Of a stretch of 64,000 bases of DNA, positions 20,757-30,592 are shown one piece after another. The position numbers were made by a program, and so were the translations under genes. Numbering within the stretch: position 1 is the first letter of the stretch; every line of letters begins with the position of its first letter. Source of the DNA: an uncultured Flaviramulus sp. (GTDB taxonomy: Bacteria; Bacteroidota; Bacteroidia; Flavobacteriales; Flavobacteriaceae); NCBI GenBank assembly GCA_947487155.1, contig CANKVS010000007.1, positions 17,020 to 81,019 of the forward strand, written 5' to 3'. The notes beneath the pieces are model-generated. The model worked only from the letters and a program-made list of their open reading frames with translations. It searched no databases and had not been told where the DNA came from.

Positions 20757-20954
20757 ATGAAATCTAATCTAGCAACAAACCTACATTGCTCAGCTTTTGG
20801 TCACAATTATTTTCTAGTAAATAAATTAAATAATAACATATCGAGCTTAGTTTGCAAATGCTGTAAAAAGCATTTTATTTCTAAAGCAAATGGTGAAATT
20901 TTAAGCATTTCTATAGGTCATAATAACGTAACACCTTTAGTAGAATACCTATAA
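20757..20954 (+). CDS. Small Cys/His zinc-ribbon-like protein, paralog 3 (divergent).
   Basis: HCSAFGHNYF...CKCCKKHF pattern, the same C-x4-H ... C-x2-C arrangement as 14232-14851. Confidence 0.5.
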   Translation: MKSNLATNLHCSAFGHNYFLVNKLNNNISSLVCKCCKKHFISKANGEILSISIGHNNVTPLVEYL

Positions 20955-20980
20955 AATAGCTAAACAACTACTATCAAAAT

Positions 20981-21022
20981 ATCAATTTCTTTTACAGTAA
21001 TTTCAAACAAAAAATAGTATAA
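20981..21022. repeat. 42-bp conserved element, copy A (atcaatttcttttacagtaatttcaaacaaaaaatagtataa).
   Basis: 40 of 42 nt identical to 32901-32942. Both copies lie in long AT-rich regions upstream of plus-strand operons. Confidence 0.7.
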
Positions 21023-21197
21023 GGTTTTACAAACCTCATTCATTTCTTTTTACTCTTTATTAAAATAATACAGGCTCATTAAAGTCAATAAATAAAACCT
21101 ATAAAACCATATACCAATATAATGTTAGGTTATATGGTAATAGTTGACTTATATTGTATATTTGCAGTCTATTTAGACGAAATCCATATAAATAATT

Positions 21198-21527
21198 ATG
21201 ATTAAAGTTTCTGAAACAGCTAAGAAAAAAGTTATTGAACTTATGCAAGATGAAGGATTTAACCCTACAACAGACTATGTGCGTGTAGGTGTTAAAAGTG
21301 GCGGTTGTTCTGGTTTGTCGTACGATTTAAAGTTCGACAAAGAAAATCAAGAAGACGATAAGGTTTTTGAAGATAATAATGTAAAAATTATTGTTGATAA
21401 AAAAAGCTTTTTATACTTAATAGGAACAACTCTTGAATATTCTGGAGGACTAAACGGAACTGGTTTTGTATTTAATAACCCTAACGCAAACCGTACTTGT
21501 GGTTGTGGTGAAAGTTTTTCGTTATAG
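21198..21527 (+). CDS. Fe-S cluster insertion protein (HesB/IscA/SufA/ErpA family).
   Basis: 109 aa with the C-terminal CGCGESF signature. Confidence 0.85.
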   Translation: MIKVSETAKKKVIELMQDEGFNPTTDYVRVGVKSGGCSGLSYDLKFDKENQEDDKVFEDNNVKIIVDKKSFLYLIGTTLEYSGGLNGTGFVFNNPNANRTCGCGESFSL

Positions 21528-21565
21528 TTTAAATGTTGAAAGTAGGCACGTTTAAAAGTTAATAA

Positions 21566-21937
21566 ATGGCAAAGTTTAATTCTTTTGAAGAAATTATTTC
21601 TTGGCAAAAAGCAAGAGCATTAAACAAGACTATTTACAACATAACAAATAATAACCCCTCTTTTTCCAAAGATTTTGGATTAAGAGATCAAATAAGAAGG
21701 TCTAGTATTTCAATATCTTCCAATATTGCTGAAGGATTTGAAAGACAGACCACAAAAGAGTTTATTCGTTTTTTATATATAGCAAAAGCATCTGCTGGAG
21801 AATGTCGTTCTCAATTATATCTAGCATTTGATTTAAAATATATAAATGATGATGATTTTAATACATTAAAGTTAAATGTAAATGACATTTCAAAAATGAT
21901 AAGTGGATTAATAAAATATCTTGATTCCACTTTATAA
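21566..21937 (+). CDS. Four-helix-bundle protein (23S rRNA intervening-sequence protein family).
   Basis: WQKAR...GLRDQIRRSSISISSNIAEG motif. Paralog of 721-1083. It lies between the sufA-like gene and sufB. Confidence 0.8.
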   Translation: MAKFNSFEEIISWQKARALNKTIYNITNNNPSFSKDFGLRDQIRRSSISISSNIAEGFERQTTKEFIRFLYIAKASAGECRSQLYLAFDLKYINDDDFNTLKLNVNDISKMISGLIKYLDSTL

Positions 21938-21967
21938 CATTTAACTTTACAACATTAAAACAAATTT

Positions 21968-23416
21968 ATGTCGAAGTATACCGAAGATGATTTACGCGAA
22001 GAGCTAAAAACCAAAGAATATGAATATGGTTTTTATACTGATATAGAATCTGAAACATTTCCTATTGGTTTAAATGAAGATATTGTACGCGCTATTTCTA
22101 AAAAGAAAGAAGAACCACAATGGATGACCGATTGGAGATTGGACGCTTTTAAGGTTTGGAAAGATATGGCAGAACCTGATTGGGCAAATGTTAATTATGA
22201 AAAACCCGATTTTCAAGGTATTGCATATTACTCTGCTCCAACAGCAGTAGACCCTAATAAAACATTAGATGATGTAGATCCTGATTTATTAGCAATGTAT
22301 AAAAAATTAGGAATTTCTATTGATGAGCAGAAAAAGATGAACAATGTTGCTATGGATATTGTTGTAGATTCTGTTTCAGTTGCAACTACATTCAAGAAAA
22401 CATTAGGCGAAAAAGGTATTATTTTTATGAGTATTTCTGAGGCTATTAAAGAGCATCCAGAACTTGTAAGGAAACATTTAGGAACTGTAGTTCCTACAAA
22501 AGATAATTTTTATGCCGCTTTAAATTCGGCTGTATTTAGTGATGGAAGTTTCTGTTACATTCCAAAAGGTGTTCGTTGCCCAATGGAATTATCGACTTAC
22601 TTCAGAATTAATCAAGCAGGAACAGGTCAGTTTGAAAGAACGCTAGTAATTGCTGATGAAGGGAGTTACGTAAGCTACCTTGAAGGTTGTACCGCACCAA
22701 GTCGTGATGAAAACCAATTACACGCAGCAGTTGTAGAGTTAATTGCTTTAGATGATGCAGAAATTAAATATTCAACTGTACAAAACTGGTATCCTGGAAA
22801 TGCAGAAGGCAAAGGTGGTGTTTACAACTTTGTAACCAAACGTGGTTTATGCGAGAAAAACGCAAAAATCTCTTGGACACAAGTAGAAACAGGGAGTGCA
22901 GTGACTTGGAAATACCCAAGTTGTATCTTGAAAGGTGACAATTCTGTTGGTGAATTTTATTCAATTGCAGTTACAAATAATTATCAACAAGCCGATACTG
23001 GAACGAAAATGATTCATTTAGGTAAAAACACCAAATCAACCATCATTTCAAAAGGTATTTCAGCAGGAAAATCACAGAACAGTTATAGAGGATTAGTGCA
23101 AGTAAGCTCAAGAGCAGAAAACGCTCGTAATTTTTCTCAATGTGATAGTTTATTAATGGGTAATGAATGTGGTGCACATACATTCCCATATATAGAAGCT
23201 AAAAATAAATCAGCAAAAATAGAACACGAAGCGACTACTAGTAAAATTGGTGAAGATCAAATTTTCTATTGTAATCAACGTGGTATAGATACTGAAAAAG
23301 CCATTGCTTTAATAGTAAACGGATTTAGTAAAGAAGTTTTAAATAAGCTTCCTATGGAATTTGCTGTTGAAGCTCAAAAATTATTAGAAATAAGTTTAGA
23401 AGGAAGTGTTGGGTAG
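21968..23416 (+). CDS. sufB: Fe-S cluster assembly scaffold protein SufB.
   Basis: 482 aa with conserved SufB/SufD beta-helix core motifs. Confidence 0.9.
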   Translation: MSKYTEDDLREELKTKEYEYGFYTDIESETFPIGLNEDIVRAISKKKEEPQWMTDWRLDAFKVWKDMAEPDWANVNYEKPDFQGIAYYSAPTAVDPNKTLDDVDPDLLAMYKKLGISIDEQKKMNNVAMDIVVDSVSVATTFKKTLGEKGIIFMSISEAIKEHPELVRKHLGTVVPTKDNFYAALNSAVFSDGSFCYIPKGVRCPMELSTYFRINQAGTGQFERTLVIADEGSYVSYLEGCTAPSRDENQLHAAVVELIALDDAEIKYSTVQNWYPGNAEGKGGVYNFVTKRGLCEKNAKISWTQVETGSAVTWKYPSCILKGDNSVGEFYSIAVTNNYQQADTGTKMIHLGKNTKSTIISKGISAGKSQNSYRGLVQVSSRAENARNFSQCDSLLMGNECGAHTFPYIEAKNKSAKIEHEATTSKIGEDQIFYCNQRGIDTEKAIALIVNGFSKEVLNKLPMEFAVEAQKLLEISLEGSVG

Positions 23417-23423
23417 TCACTTT

Positions 23424-23478
23424 TTGTCATTCCCTAGTTTAACTGAACGCAGTCGAAGTAAAAGCAGGAATCTCATTA
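23424..23478. repeat. GTCATTCCC-type intergenic repeat (Bacteroidetes REP-like).
   Basis: tgtcattccc...gcaggaatctca, related to the composite hairpin at 30519-30578. Confidence 0.5.
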
Positions 23479-23501
23479 ATTGAATCGAAAATATTAAGAA
23501 A

Positions 23502-23936
23502 ATGAAAAAAACATTTTTTATAGCATTAACTCTATTAGTTGGTATTTCAGCATTAATAAGCTGTAAAAAAGACGCTAAATCAGACGTTCAAAAAGAGGTA
23601 ATAGGTACAGACAGTCAAGAAAAAACAGAAAAACAAAATGATGGATTAACCTTATTAAAAGGAGAATTTGTTTATTATAAAGATGCTGCCGTATTACAAA
23701 CTCATGCTAACATTTATGGTGTATTTGTTACAGATAAAATGCTTGAGTTAAACAAACTAGCAGAGAAATATAAAAAAGAACCAACAGATATGGTTCCTGT
23801 TGAAATAAGAGGTAAAATCACTAACAAAAAAGATGATAAAATTCTTTGGGAAAATAAAGTTGAAATAGTAGAGATTCTAAATATTTCTAAACCTAAATCT
23901 GAAGAAAATAACGTTGTAAAATTAGGAAGCGAATAG
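23502..23936 (+). CDS. Hypothetical lipoprotein inserted between sufB and sufC.
   Basis: 144 aa with signal peptide and lipobox (LISC). Its stop overlaps the sufC start region. Confidence 0.55.
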   Translation: MKKTFFIALTLLVGISALISCKKDAKSDVQKEVIGTDSQEKTEKQNDGLTLLKGEFVYYKDAAVLQTHANIYGVFVTDKMLELNKLAEKYKKEPTDMVPVEIRGKITNKKDDKILWENKVEIVEILNISKPKSEENNVVKLGSE

Positions 23937-23937
23937 T

Positions 23938-24690
23938 ATGTTAAAAATAAATAATTTACACGCAAGTGTTGACGACAAAGCAATTTTAAGAGGTATTAAT
24001 TTAGAGGTAAAACCTGGTGAAGTTCATGCCATTATGGGGCCAAACGGTTCTGGAAAAAGCACCTTAGCATCAGTAATTGCTGGAAAAGAAGAATACGAAG
24101 TAACAGAAGGAAGTATTGAATTTAAAGATGAAGACATTGATGAATTAGCAGCCGAAGAACGTGCTCATAAAGGTGTGTTTTTATCATTTCAATACCCTGT
24201 AGAAATCCCAGGCGTATCGGTTACCAATTTTATTAAAACAGCAATAAACGAATCGCGTAAAGCACAGGGATTAGAAGACATGCCTGCCAAAGACATGCTA
24301 AAATTAATTCGCGAAAAAGCAGATTTATTAGAAATAGACAGGAAGTTTTTATCACGTTCGTTAAACGAAGGGTTTTCTGGAGGAGAAAAAAAACGTAACG
24401 AAATTTTTCAAATGGCGATGTTAGAACCTAAACTTGCCATTTTAGACGAAACGGATTCTGGTTTAGATATTGATGCCCTTCGTATTGTTGCAAACGGTGT
24501 TAACAAGTTAAAAAATAAAGATAATGCCACTATTGTTATAACGCATTACCAACGTTTGTTAGATTATATCGTTCCAGATTTTGTACACGTTTTATACAAT
24601 GGTAAAATTGTAAAATCGGGCACAAAAGAATTGGCTCACGAACTTGAAGAAAAAGGATACGATTGGATTAAAGAAGAAGTAAATGCCTAG
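23938..24690 (+). CDS. sufC: Fe-S cluster assembly ATPase SufC.
   Basis: Walker A GPNGSGKST, ABC signature and Walker B; 250 aa. Confidence 0.92.
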   Translation: MLKINNLHASVDDKAILRGINLEVKPGEVHAIMGPNGSGKSTLASVIAGKEEYEVTEGSIEFKDEDIDELAAEERAHKGVFLSFQYPVEIPGVSVTNFIKTAINESRKAQGLEDMPAKDMLKLIREKADLLEIDRKFLSRSLNEGFSGGEKKRNEIFQMAMLEPKLAILDETDSGLDIDALRIVANGVNKLKNKDNATIVITHYQRLLDYIVPDFVHVLYNGKIVKSGTKELAHELEEKGYDWIKEEVNA

Positions 24691-24698
24691 TTAGTATG

Positions 24699-24844
24699 CA
24701 GTATTCAGTCTTCAGTTAGCAGTCGCTTTCTCAATATCTGATTACGCTTACTAATCTATTCAAAATAAAACAGTAATAAAATATACGGTTTTAGTAATGC
24801 TTTTTTTGACTGCTTACTGAAGACTGATCACTGAAGACTGACAC
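24699..24844. repeat. Inverted-repeat element between sufC and sufD.
   Basis: The left arm cagtattcagtcttcagttagcagtc pairs with the right arm gactgcttactgaagactgatcactg at about 23 of 26 positions, with about 85 bp between them. The right arm also carries a direct repeat of actgaagactga. Confidence 0.6.
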
Positions 24845-24845
24845 A

Positions 24846-26159
24846 ATGGATTTAAAAGAAAAATTATTATCATCCTTTTTAGTATTTGAGAACAAAGTAG
24901 ATATTGATACTTATGTTCACGATGTTAGAAATGATGCTATAAAAGCTTTTGAAGAAAAAGGATTTCCAACTAAAAAAGAAGAAGCTTGGAAATACACCTC
25001 TTTAAACAAAATATTAAAAGAAGATTATAGTCTTTTTCCAAAGCAGGAAAATGCCTTAGAATACAAAAACATTAAAAAGTATTTTCTTTACGATATAGAT
25101 ACTTATAAAATTGTGTTTATAGATGGCAAGTACTCTTCACACCTATCGCAAACTACACACGACGGTATGGATGTTTGCTTAATGTCGGCAGCCCTAACAA
25201 AGCCTAAATATCGCTTAATTATTGAAAACTATTTTAATAAAGCCGCTACCAAAGATAGCTTACCATCGTTAAATACAGCATTTTCAAGCGAAGGCGCCTA
25301 TATTCATATTCCAAAAAACAAATTGGTTGAAAAGCCAATTCAAATTATACACTTTTCTACAGGAAATGAATCTGCAATTATGTTACAACCACGTAACCTA
25401 ATTGTTGTAGAAGAGAATTCGCATGTGCAAATCATAGAGCGTCATCAAAGTTTAACAAATAATGCCGTTTTAACCAATAGTGTTACCGAAATATTTGCTA
25501 AAAAACGAGCTATTGTTGATTATTACAAAATACAGAACGACAATAAAGATGCCTCTTTAATAGACAACACATTTATTAAACAAAAGCAAGAAAGTATTTG
25601 CTCTGTACATACATTTGCCTTTGGTGGCAAATTAATACGTAATAATCTTAACTTTTATCAAGAAGGAGAACGTATCGATTCTATATTAAAAGGTGTTACT
25701 ATTTTAAGCGACAAACAACATGTAGATCATAATACCCTGGTACATCATATAGAACCCAATTGTGAAAGTCATCAAGACTATAAAGGCATTTTTGGCGAAA
25801 ACTCAACAGGTGTTTTCAATGGTAAAATAATTGTTGAAAAAGAAGCACAAAAAACCAATGCCTTTCAAGCCAATAACAATATTTTAATAAGCGATAAAGC
25901 AACTATAAACACCAAACCTCAGCTCGAAATTTTTGCAGACGATGTTAAATGTTCACACGGTTGCACCATTGGACAATTAGACGAAAGTGCTATGTTTTAT
26001 ATGCGTTCGCGGGGAATTCCAGAAAAAGAAGCCAAAGCCCTTTTAATGTATGCCTTTAGTAATAACGTATTGAGTTCGGTTAAAATTCCAGAAATGAAAC
26101 AACGCATCACTAAAATTATTGCCAATAAATTAGGAGTAAATATTGGCTTCGATTTATAA
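24846..26159 (+). CDS. sufD: Fe-S cluster assembly protein SufD.
   Basis: 437 aa with a C-terminal SufBD beta-helix region; position after sufC. Confidence 0.85.
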   Translation: MDLKEKLLSSFLVFENKVDIDTYVHDVRNDAIKAFEEKGFPTKKEEAWKYTSLNKILKEDYSLFPKQENALEYKNIKKYFLYDIDTYKIVFIDGKYSSHLSQTTHDGMDVCLMSAALTKPKYRLIIENYFNKAATKDSLPSLNTAFSSEGAYIHIPKNKLVEKPIQIIHFSTGNESAIMLQPRNLIVVEENSHVQIIERHQSLTNNAVLTNSVTEIFAKKRAIVDYYKIQNDNKDASLIDNTFIKQKQESICSVHTFAFGGKLIRNNLNFYQEGERIDSILKGVTILSDKQHVDHNTLVHHIEPNCESHQDYKGIFGENSTGVFNGKIIVEKEAQKTNAFQANNNILISDKATINTKPQLEIFADDVKCSHGCTIGQLDESAMFYMRSRGIPEKEAKALLMYAFSNNVLSSVKIPEMKQRITKIIANKLGVNIGFDL

Positions 26160-26218
26160 AATTATTTGAAGCTATTTCCCGCTATCCACTGTATCTTTTT
26201 CTCGTACCTCAAAAAAGG

Positions 26219-27466
26219 ATGCCGTTTCTATCGGGGCTAGACATAAACGCTATGTTCAACGTAAACGACATAAGAAAAGACTTTCCCATTCTTTCACGTA
26301 AAGTAAATGGTAAACCTTTGGTGTATTTAGATAATGCAGCAACGTCACAAACACCTCAACACGTTATAGATATTATTGTATACTATTACTCAAACTATAA
26401 CGCCAACATTCACCGTGGTGTACACACCTTAAGTCAAGAAGCTACCGATTTATACGAACAAGCACGTATTAAAATTCAAAATCATTTCAATGCTAAATTT
26501 TCTCATGAAATCATACTAACATCAGGAACAACACATAGTATTAATTTAGTAGCAAATGGGTTTTCAGCACTATTAAAAAAAGACGATGAGGTTATTGTTT
26601 CAGCTTTAGAGCATCATAGTAATATTGTGCCTTGGCAAATGTTATGCGAGCGTACAGGTGCTATTTTAAAAGTTATCCCAATGAACGAAGCTGGCGAGTT
26701 GGAAATGGCTGAATACAACAATTTACTTTCAGAAAAAACAAAATTGGTTTTTGTAAATCACATCTCAAATGCTTTAGGTACCATAAATCCTATTGAATAT
26801 ATTATTGAAAAAGCACATGGTGTTGGTGCTGCTGTTTTAATTGATGGTGCGCAATCATGCCCACATATAAAACCCGATGTTCAAAAATTAGATGTCGATT
26901 TCTATGTCGCTTCAGCACATAAAATGTGCGGACCAACAGGCGTTGGTATGCTTTACGGAAAAGAAGAATGGCTCAATAAATTACCTCCATATCAAGGTGG
27001 TGGCGAAATGATTGCCGAAGTCACTTTTGAGAAAACAACTTACGCTAATTTGCCTCATAAATTTGAAGCAGGAACTCCAAATATTGCTGGAGGAATTGCC
27101 TTTGGAGCAGCTATAGATTATATGAATGGTATTGGTTTCAATGCTATTGCTTTATACGAAAACGACCTGCTAACCTATGCTACCAAAAAACTATCACAAA
27201 TAGATGGATTAAAAATTTACGGAACATCTAAAAACAAAACATCCGTCATTTCATTTAATTTAGAAGGTATTCATCCTTACGATGTGGGCACCATTTTAGA
27301 TAAATTAGGAATTGCTGTTCGTACTGGTCATCATTGTGCACAACCTATTATGGATTTTTTCTGTATCCCAGGAACCGTAAGGGCTTCATTTGCATTTTAT
27401 AACAAAAAAGCAGAGATAGATATTTTGGTAGAAGGTATAAAAAAAGCAAAAATAATGTTGGGCTAA
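26219..27466 (+). CDS. sufS: Cysteine desulfurase, SufS subfamily (class V aminotransferase).
   Basis: PLP lysine motif SAHKMCGPTGVG and active-site Cys in GHHCAQP; 415 aa. Confidence 0.9.
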   Translation: MPFLSGLDINAMFNVNDIRKDFPILSRKVNGKPLVYLDNAATSQTPQHVIDIIVYYYSNYNANIHRGVHTLSQEATDLYEQARIKIQNHFNAKFSHEIILTSGTTHSINLVANGFSALLKKDDEVIVSALEHHSNIVPWQMLCERTGAILKVIPMNEAGELEMAEYNNLLSEKTKLVFVNHISNALGTINPIEYIIEKAHGVGAAVLIDGAQSCPHIKPDVQKLDVDFYVASAHKMCGPTGVGMLYGKEEWLNKLPPYQGGGEMIAEVTFEKTTYANLPHKFEAGTPNIAGGIAFGAAIDYMNGIGFNAIALYENDLLTYATKKLSQIDGLKIYGTSKNKTSVISFNLEGIHPYDVGTILDKLGIAVRTGHHCAQPIMDFFCIPGTVRASFAFYNKKAEIDILVEGIKKAKIMLG

Positions 27467-27558
27467 ATAGCAGTCTATTTAGGAGTATTTAAGTCTTAAT
27501 TATTGTATAAATTTTCTTTTATTTTCATTAATTTAGAGTTTTTTAAAACCTAAACATA

Positions 27559-29970
27559 ATGCAAAAACCTAACATTACACTTACCCTATTTTTATTAGTA
27601 TCGTTAATCGTAAAATCGCAAAACACCTCAACGGTTTTTCCAGGAGCTGATGAAAAAACGCCAGCCAAAGCACAATACTTTTCTTGGATAAACAATACTA
27701 ATGAAGGCACTACAGAAGAGCACACCTTAATCAATTTTAACTTTTTTAAATGGCTAAAAAACGAGTACGGTATGCAACTAGATATTTATGCTTTTGATGC
27801 CGGTGCTATAGATGGTAGGCTTTTTTATGGTAGTATGAACTCCAATAGGTTTAAAACTCAATTTCCTAATGGGTTCGATCCCATACATAAAGAAGCAAAA
27901 AATATAGGGTTTACATTAGGTTTATGGGGAGGTCCGGATGGTTTTGGTAACACTCCAAAAGAAGAAAAAGCCAGAACAGATATGATGGTTAAATTAGTAA
28001 GAGATTACGATTTTAACCTATTTAAATTCGATCAAGTTTGTGGGCAATTACGACCCGAAAAAGAAGATGCTTTTATAAATATGATGATTGAAGCACGTAA
28101 ACACAGACCAGATCTTATTTTATTAAATCATAGATTAGCATTAACCGAAAAAGGCTTACCGCACGCTACTACCTTTTTGTGGGAAGGCGTAGAAACCTAT
28201 GTAGATGGGCATATAAAAAACGATAGAACAGCAACGCATCATCGTGTTGGTAATTTACTTCGTGGTTATACCCCTGGTATGAAACGTTTAACCGAAGACC
28301 ACGGCGTATGTCTCTCATCGTGTTTAGATTATTGGGAAGACGATTTAATTCTTCAGGCGTTTCATAGAAATTTAATTCTAGCCCCAGAAATATACGGAAA
28401 CCCCTGGTTATTAAGAGATGACGAATATTCAAAACTGGCAAGAATTTTCAATCTTCATAAGCAATATAGAGATATTATAGTTGAAGGTATTAAACTGCCA
28501 GAAGCTCAATATGGTATGCATGCCATTTCTAGAGGAGACAATAATACCCGATTATTGGTTTTAAAAAACCTGTCGTGGCAACCTATTACCTATCAAATAG
28601 ATTTAAACGAAAGTATTGGTTTACTAGCCTCTAATAACGCTGTAGAAGTTAAACAATATCACCCTTTTGAACAGGTTATTGGTAACTTTAAATACGGAAA
28701 CAAAACAACAGTAACCGTTTTACCATTTAGGTCTTGTTTGGTTAAAGTTTCTAATACAAACAATCACGATTTAAGCTTACTAGGTACAAATTATGAAGTG
28801 GTTAAAAATATTGAAGGACAACCTGTAGAAATTAATGTTTTAGGTTACTCTGGAACCACCTCTAGTATAAAATTAAATGATTTTAGTACATTCAAATCGG
28901 CTAAAGTTGATGATAAAAATGTATCAAGATTACTAAAAGGAAAATGGTTAAAAGTAAATTTTGAAGGTGAAAAATTAAATCGGTTTTGGCATAGAAAATT
29001 AACCGATTTAAAACCTGTTGATTTCCCTACTGATGCAGAAGCCTTATACGAAACCACTTGTTACGCTGCAAATAGTAATGCTTTTGAGGTGCGTTCGCTA
29101 TTCCGTTCTGGCGAGACCAAAATACCACAAGTAAAAGCGGCCAGAGATGCGTTTTTTAATCAAAAAACATTTGTAGATAGAGGAGTTTGGGATAAAAATT
29201 TATTTGATAACAATTATAGCACGTCTTTTTACGTAGGTAAGCATCGCGATAAAGTTGTAAAAATTAAAAAAGCGGCTTTTAGGTTAGATTTTGGTGAACC
29301 TATTTTTATCGACAAACTAAATATTACATCTCCAGACACCTATTCGTTTATGCCAAGAAACGTTGAAGAAGCTATTATTGCCGAAGTGTCTTCAGATTTA
29401 AAAACTTGGAAAAAAGTTATTTTTATGGGCAACCTTAAAATGAGCTTAGATTTATCAAATAGCGGTAAAATACGCTATGTAAGAATTACAGACTTTGCAG
29501 ATAGATTGTCTGAAGTTTCGGGGTATTATAAAGGCAAAAAACTAGATGCTTCAAAATGGAAAGCTTCTAATTTATTGGGGAATTATAAAGAAATGAATTT
29601 TGATAAAGCTTTTTCAGGATTATTTACTATAAATGAAATGCATAAAAACAGTTATTTAGCTGTGGCATTAAATGGATATCATGGCAAAGAAGGGGCTTAT
29701 GCGGCTTTACGTGTTGATGGCAAAATTATTGGCGCGCCAGACAGAAGTATTTCTTACCCGTCTAACTCTTGGGAAGCTGCTGTATGCGATAAATGTATTT
29801 TCGATAAAAATTTCACGTATTACTTTCCAGTGACTAAAGACATGATTGGAAAAACAGTTGAAGTGGTTGTTTTAGGAACTGCCGATTGCGATCCAAATTT
29901 AAAAAATGAAGTTTGGATTACCAGTTACCCTATTCCTTTTCAAAAAAAGAAATTGGTGTTAACACCTTAA
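27559..29970 (+). CDS. Large secreted protein, possibly a glycoside-hydrolase-like domain plus a C-terminal discoidin/F5-8-type-C-like domain, inserted between sufS and sufE.
   Basis: 803 aa with a signal peptide. Family not recognised with confidence. Confidence 0.5.
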   Translation: MQKPNITLTLFLLVSLIVKSQNTSTVFPGADEKTPAKAQYFSWINNTNEGTTEEHTLINFNFFKWLKNEYGMQLDIYAFDAGAIDGRLFYGSMNSNRFKTQFPNGFDPIHKEAKNIGFTLGLWGGPDGFGNTPKEEKARTDMMVKLVRDYDFNLFKFDQVCGQLRPEKEDAFINMMIEARKHRPDLILLNHRLALTEKGLPHATTFLWEGVETYVDGHIKNDRTATHHRVGNLLRGYTPGMKRLTEDHGVCLSSCLDYWEDDLILQAFHRNLILAPEIYGNPWLLRDDEYSKLARIFNLHKQYRDIIVEGIKLPEAQYGMHAISRGDNNTRLLVLKNLSWQPITYQIDLNESIGLLASNNAVEVKQYHPFEQVIGNFKYGNKTTVTVLPFRSCLVKVSNTNNHDLSLLGTNYEVVKNIEGQPVEINVLGYSGTTSSIKLNDFSTFKSAKVDDKNVSRLLKGKWLKVNFEGEKLNRFWHRKLTDLKPVDFPTDAEALYETTCYAANSNAFEVRSLFRSGETKIPQVKAARDAFFNQKTFVDRGVWDKNLFDNNYSTSFYVGKHRDKVVKIKKAAFRLDFGEPIFIDKLNITSPDTYSFMPRNVEEAIIAEVSSDLKTWKKVIFMGNLKMSLDLSNSGKIRYVRITDFADRLSEVSGYYKGKKLDASKWKASNLLGNYKEMNFDKAFSGLFTINEMHKNSYLAVALNGYHGKEGAYAALRVDGKIIGAPDRSISYPSNSWEAAVCDKCIFDKNFTYYFPVTKDMIGKTVEVVVLGTADCDPNLKNEVWITSYPIPFQKKKLVLTP

Positions 29971-30034
29971 GCGTATTGTAATGTCTGTTAACTATTCCTC
30001 AAAATATTGAATAGCAATATATCTTGTCGTATTT

Positions 30035-30475
30035 TTGCATAAAATTGTAACTGTGAGTATTGAAGACATACAAAACGAAATAATTGACGAATTCTCAATG
30101 TTTGAAGATTGGGAAGAACGCTACCAATATATGATTGATTTAGGTAAAGATTTACCTTTAATTAACGACCAATATAAAACCGACGATAATATTATTAAAG
30201 GTTGCCAAAGTAAAGTTTGGGTTCATGCCGAAATGCAAGACAATAAAATTGAATTTACTGCCGATAGTGATGCCATAATTACTAAAGGCATTATTGCTAT
30301 ATTAATCCGAACGTTTTCAAATCAGCATCCAAAAGATATTATTAATGCAGATACTGGTTTTATTGATAAAATAGGGTTAAAAGAACATTTGTCGCCAACA
30401 CGCGCCAACGGTTTGCTAAGTATGGTAAAACAACTTAAAATGTATGCTATAGCATACCAAACGCAATTGAATTGA
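30035..30475 (+). CDS. sufE: Cysteine desulfuration protein SufE. The true start is probably a few codons inside the ORF-track start, which is a TTG.
   Basis: SufE fold with the conserved Cys in KGCQSKVW; about 140 aa. Confidence 0.8.
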   Translation: MHKIVTVSIEDIQNEIIDEFSMFEDWEERYQYMIDLGKDLPLINDQYKTDDNIIKGCQSKVWVHAEMQDNKIEFTADSDAIITKGIIAILIRTFSNQHPKDIINADTGFIDKIGLKEHLSPTRANGLLSMVKQLKMYAIAYQTQLN

Positions 30476-30485
30476 AAAAAATACT

Positions 30486-30510
30486 CCAAAAGACAGTAGT
30501 CTTTTGGTTT
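30486..30510 (+). terminator. Rho-independent terminator-like hairpin after sufE.
   Basis: The perfect stem ccaaaagac / gtcttttgg is followed by a T-run. Confidence 0.55.
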
Positions 30511-30518
30511 CATATAAA

Positions 30519-30578
30519 CTGTCATTCCCGAGACATCGGGAATCCATTAAACAGATTCCTACCTACGTGGGAATGACA
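30519..30578. repeat. GTCATTCCC composite palindromic repeat.
   Basis: tgtcattcccgagacatcgggaatcc ... gtgggaatgaca. The outer arms gtcattccc/gggaatgac enclose an inner stem ttcccga/tcgggaa. Confidence 0.65.
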
Positions 30579-30592
30579 AAAAATAATTTATT

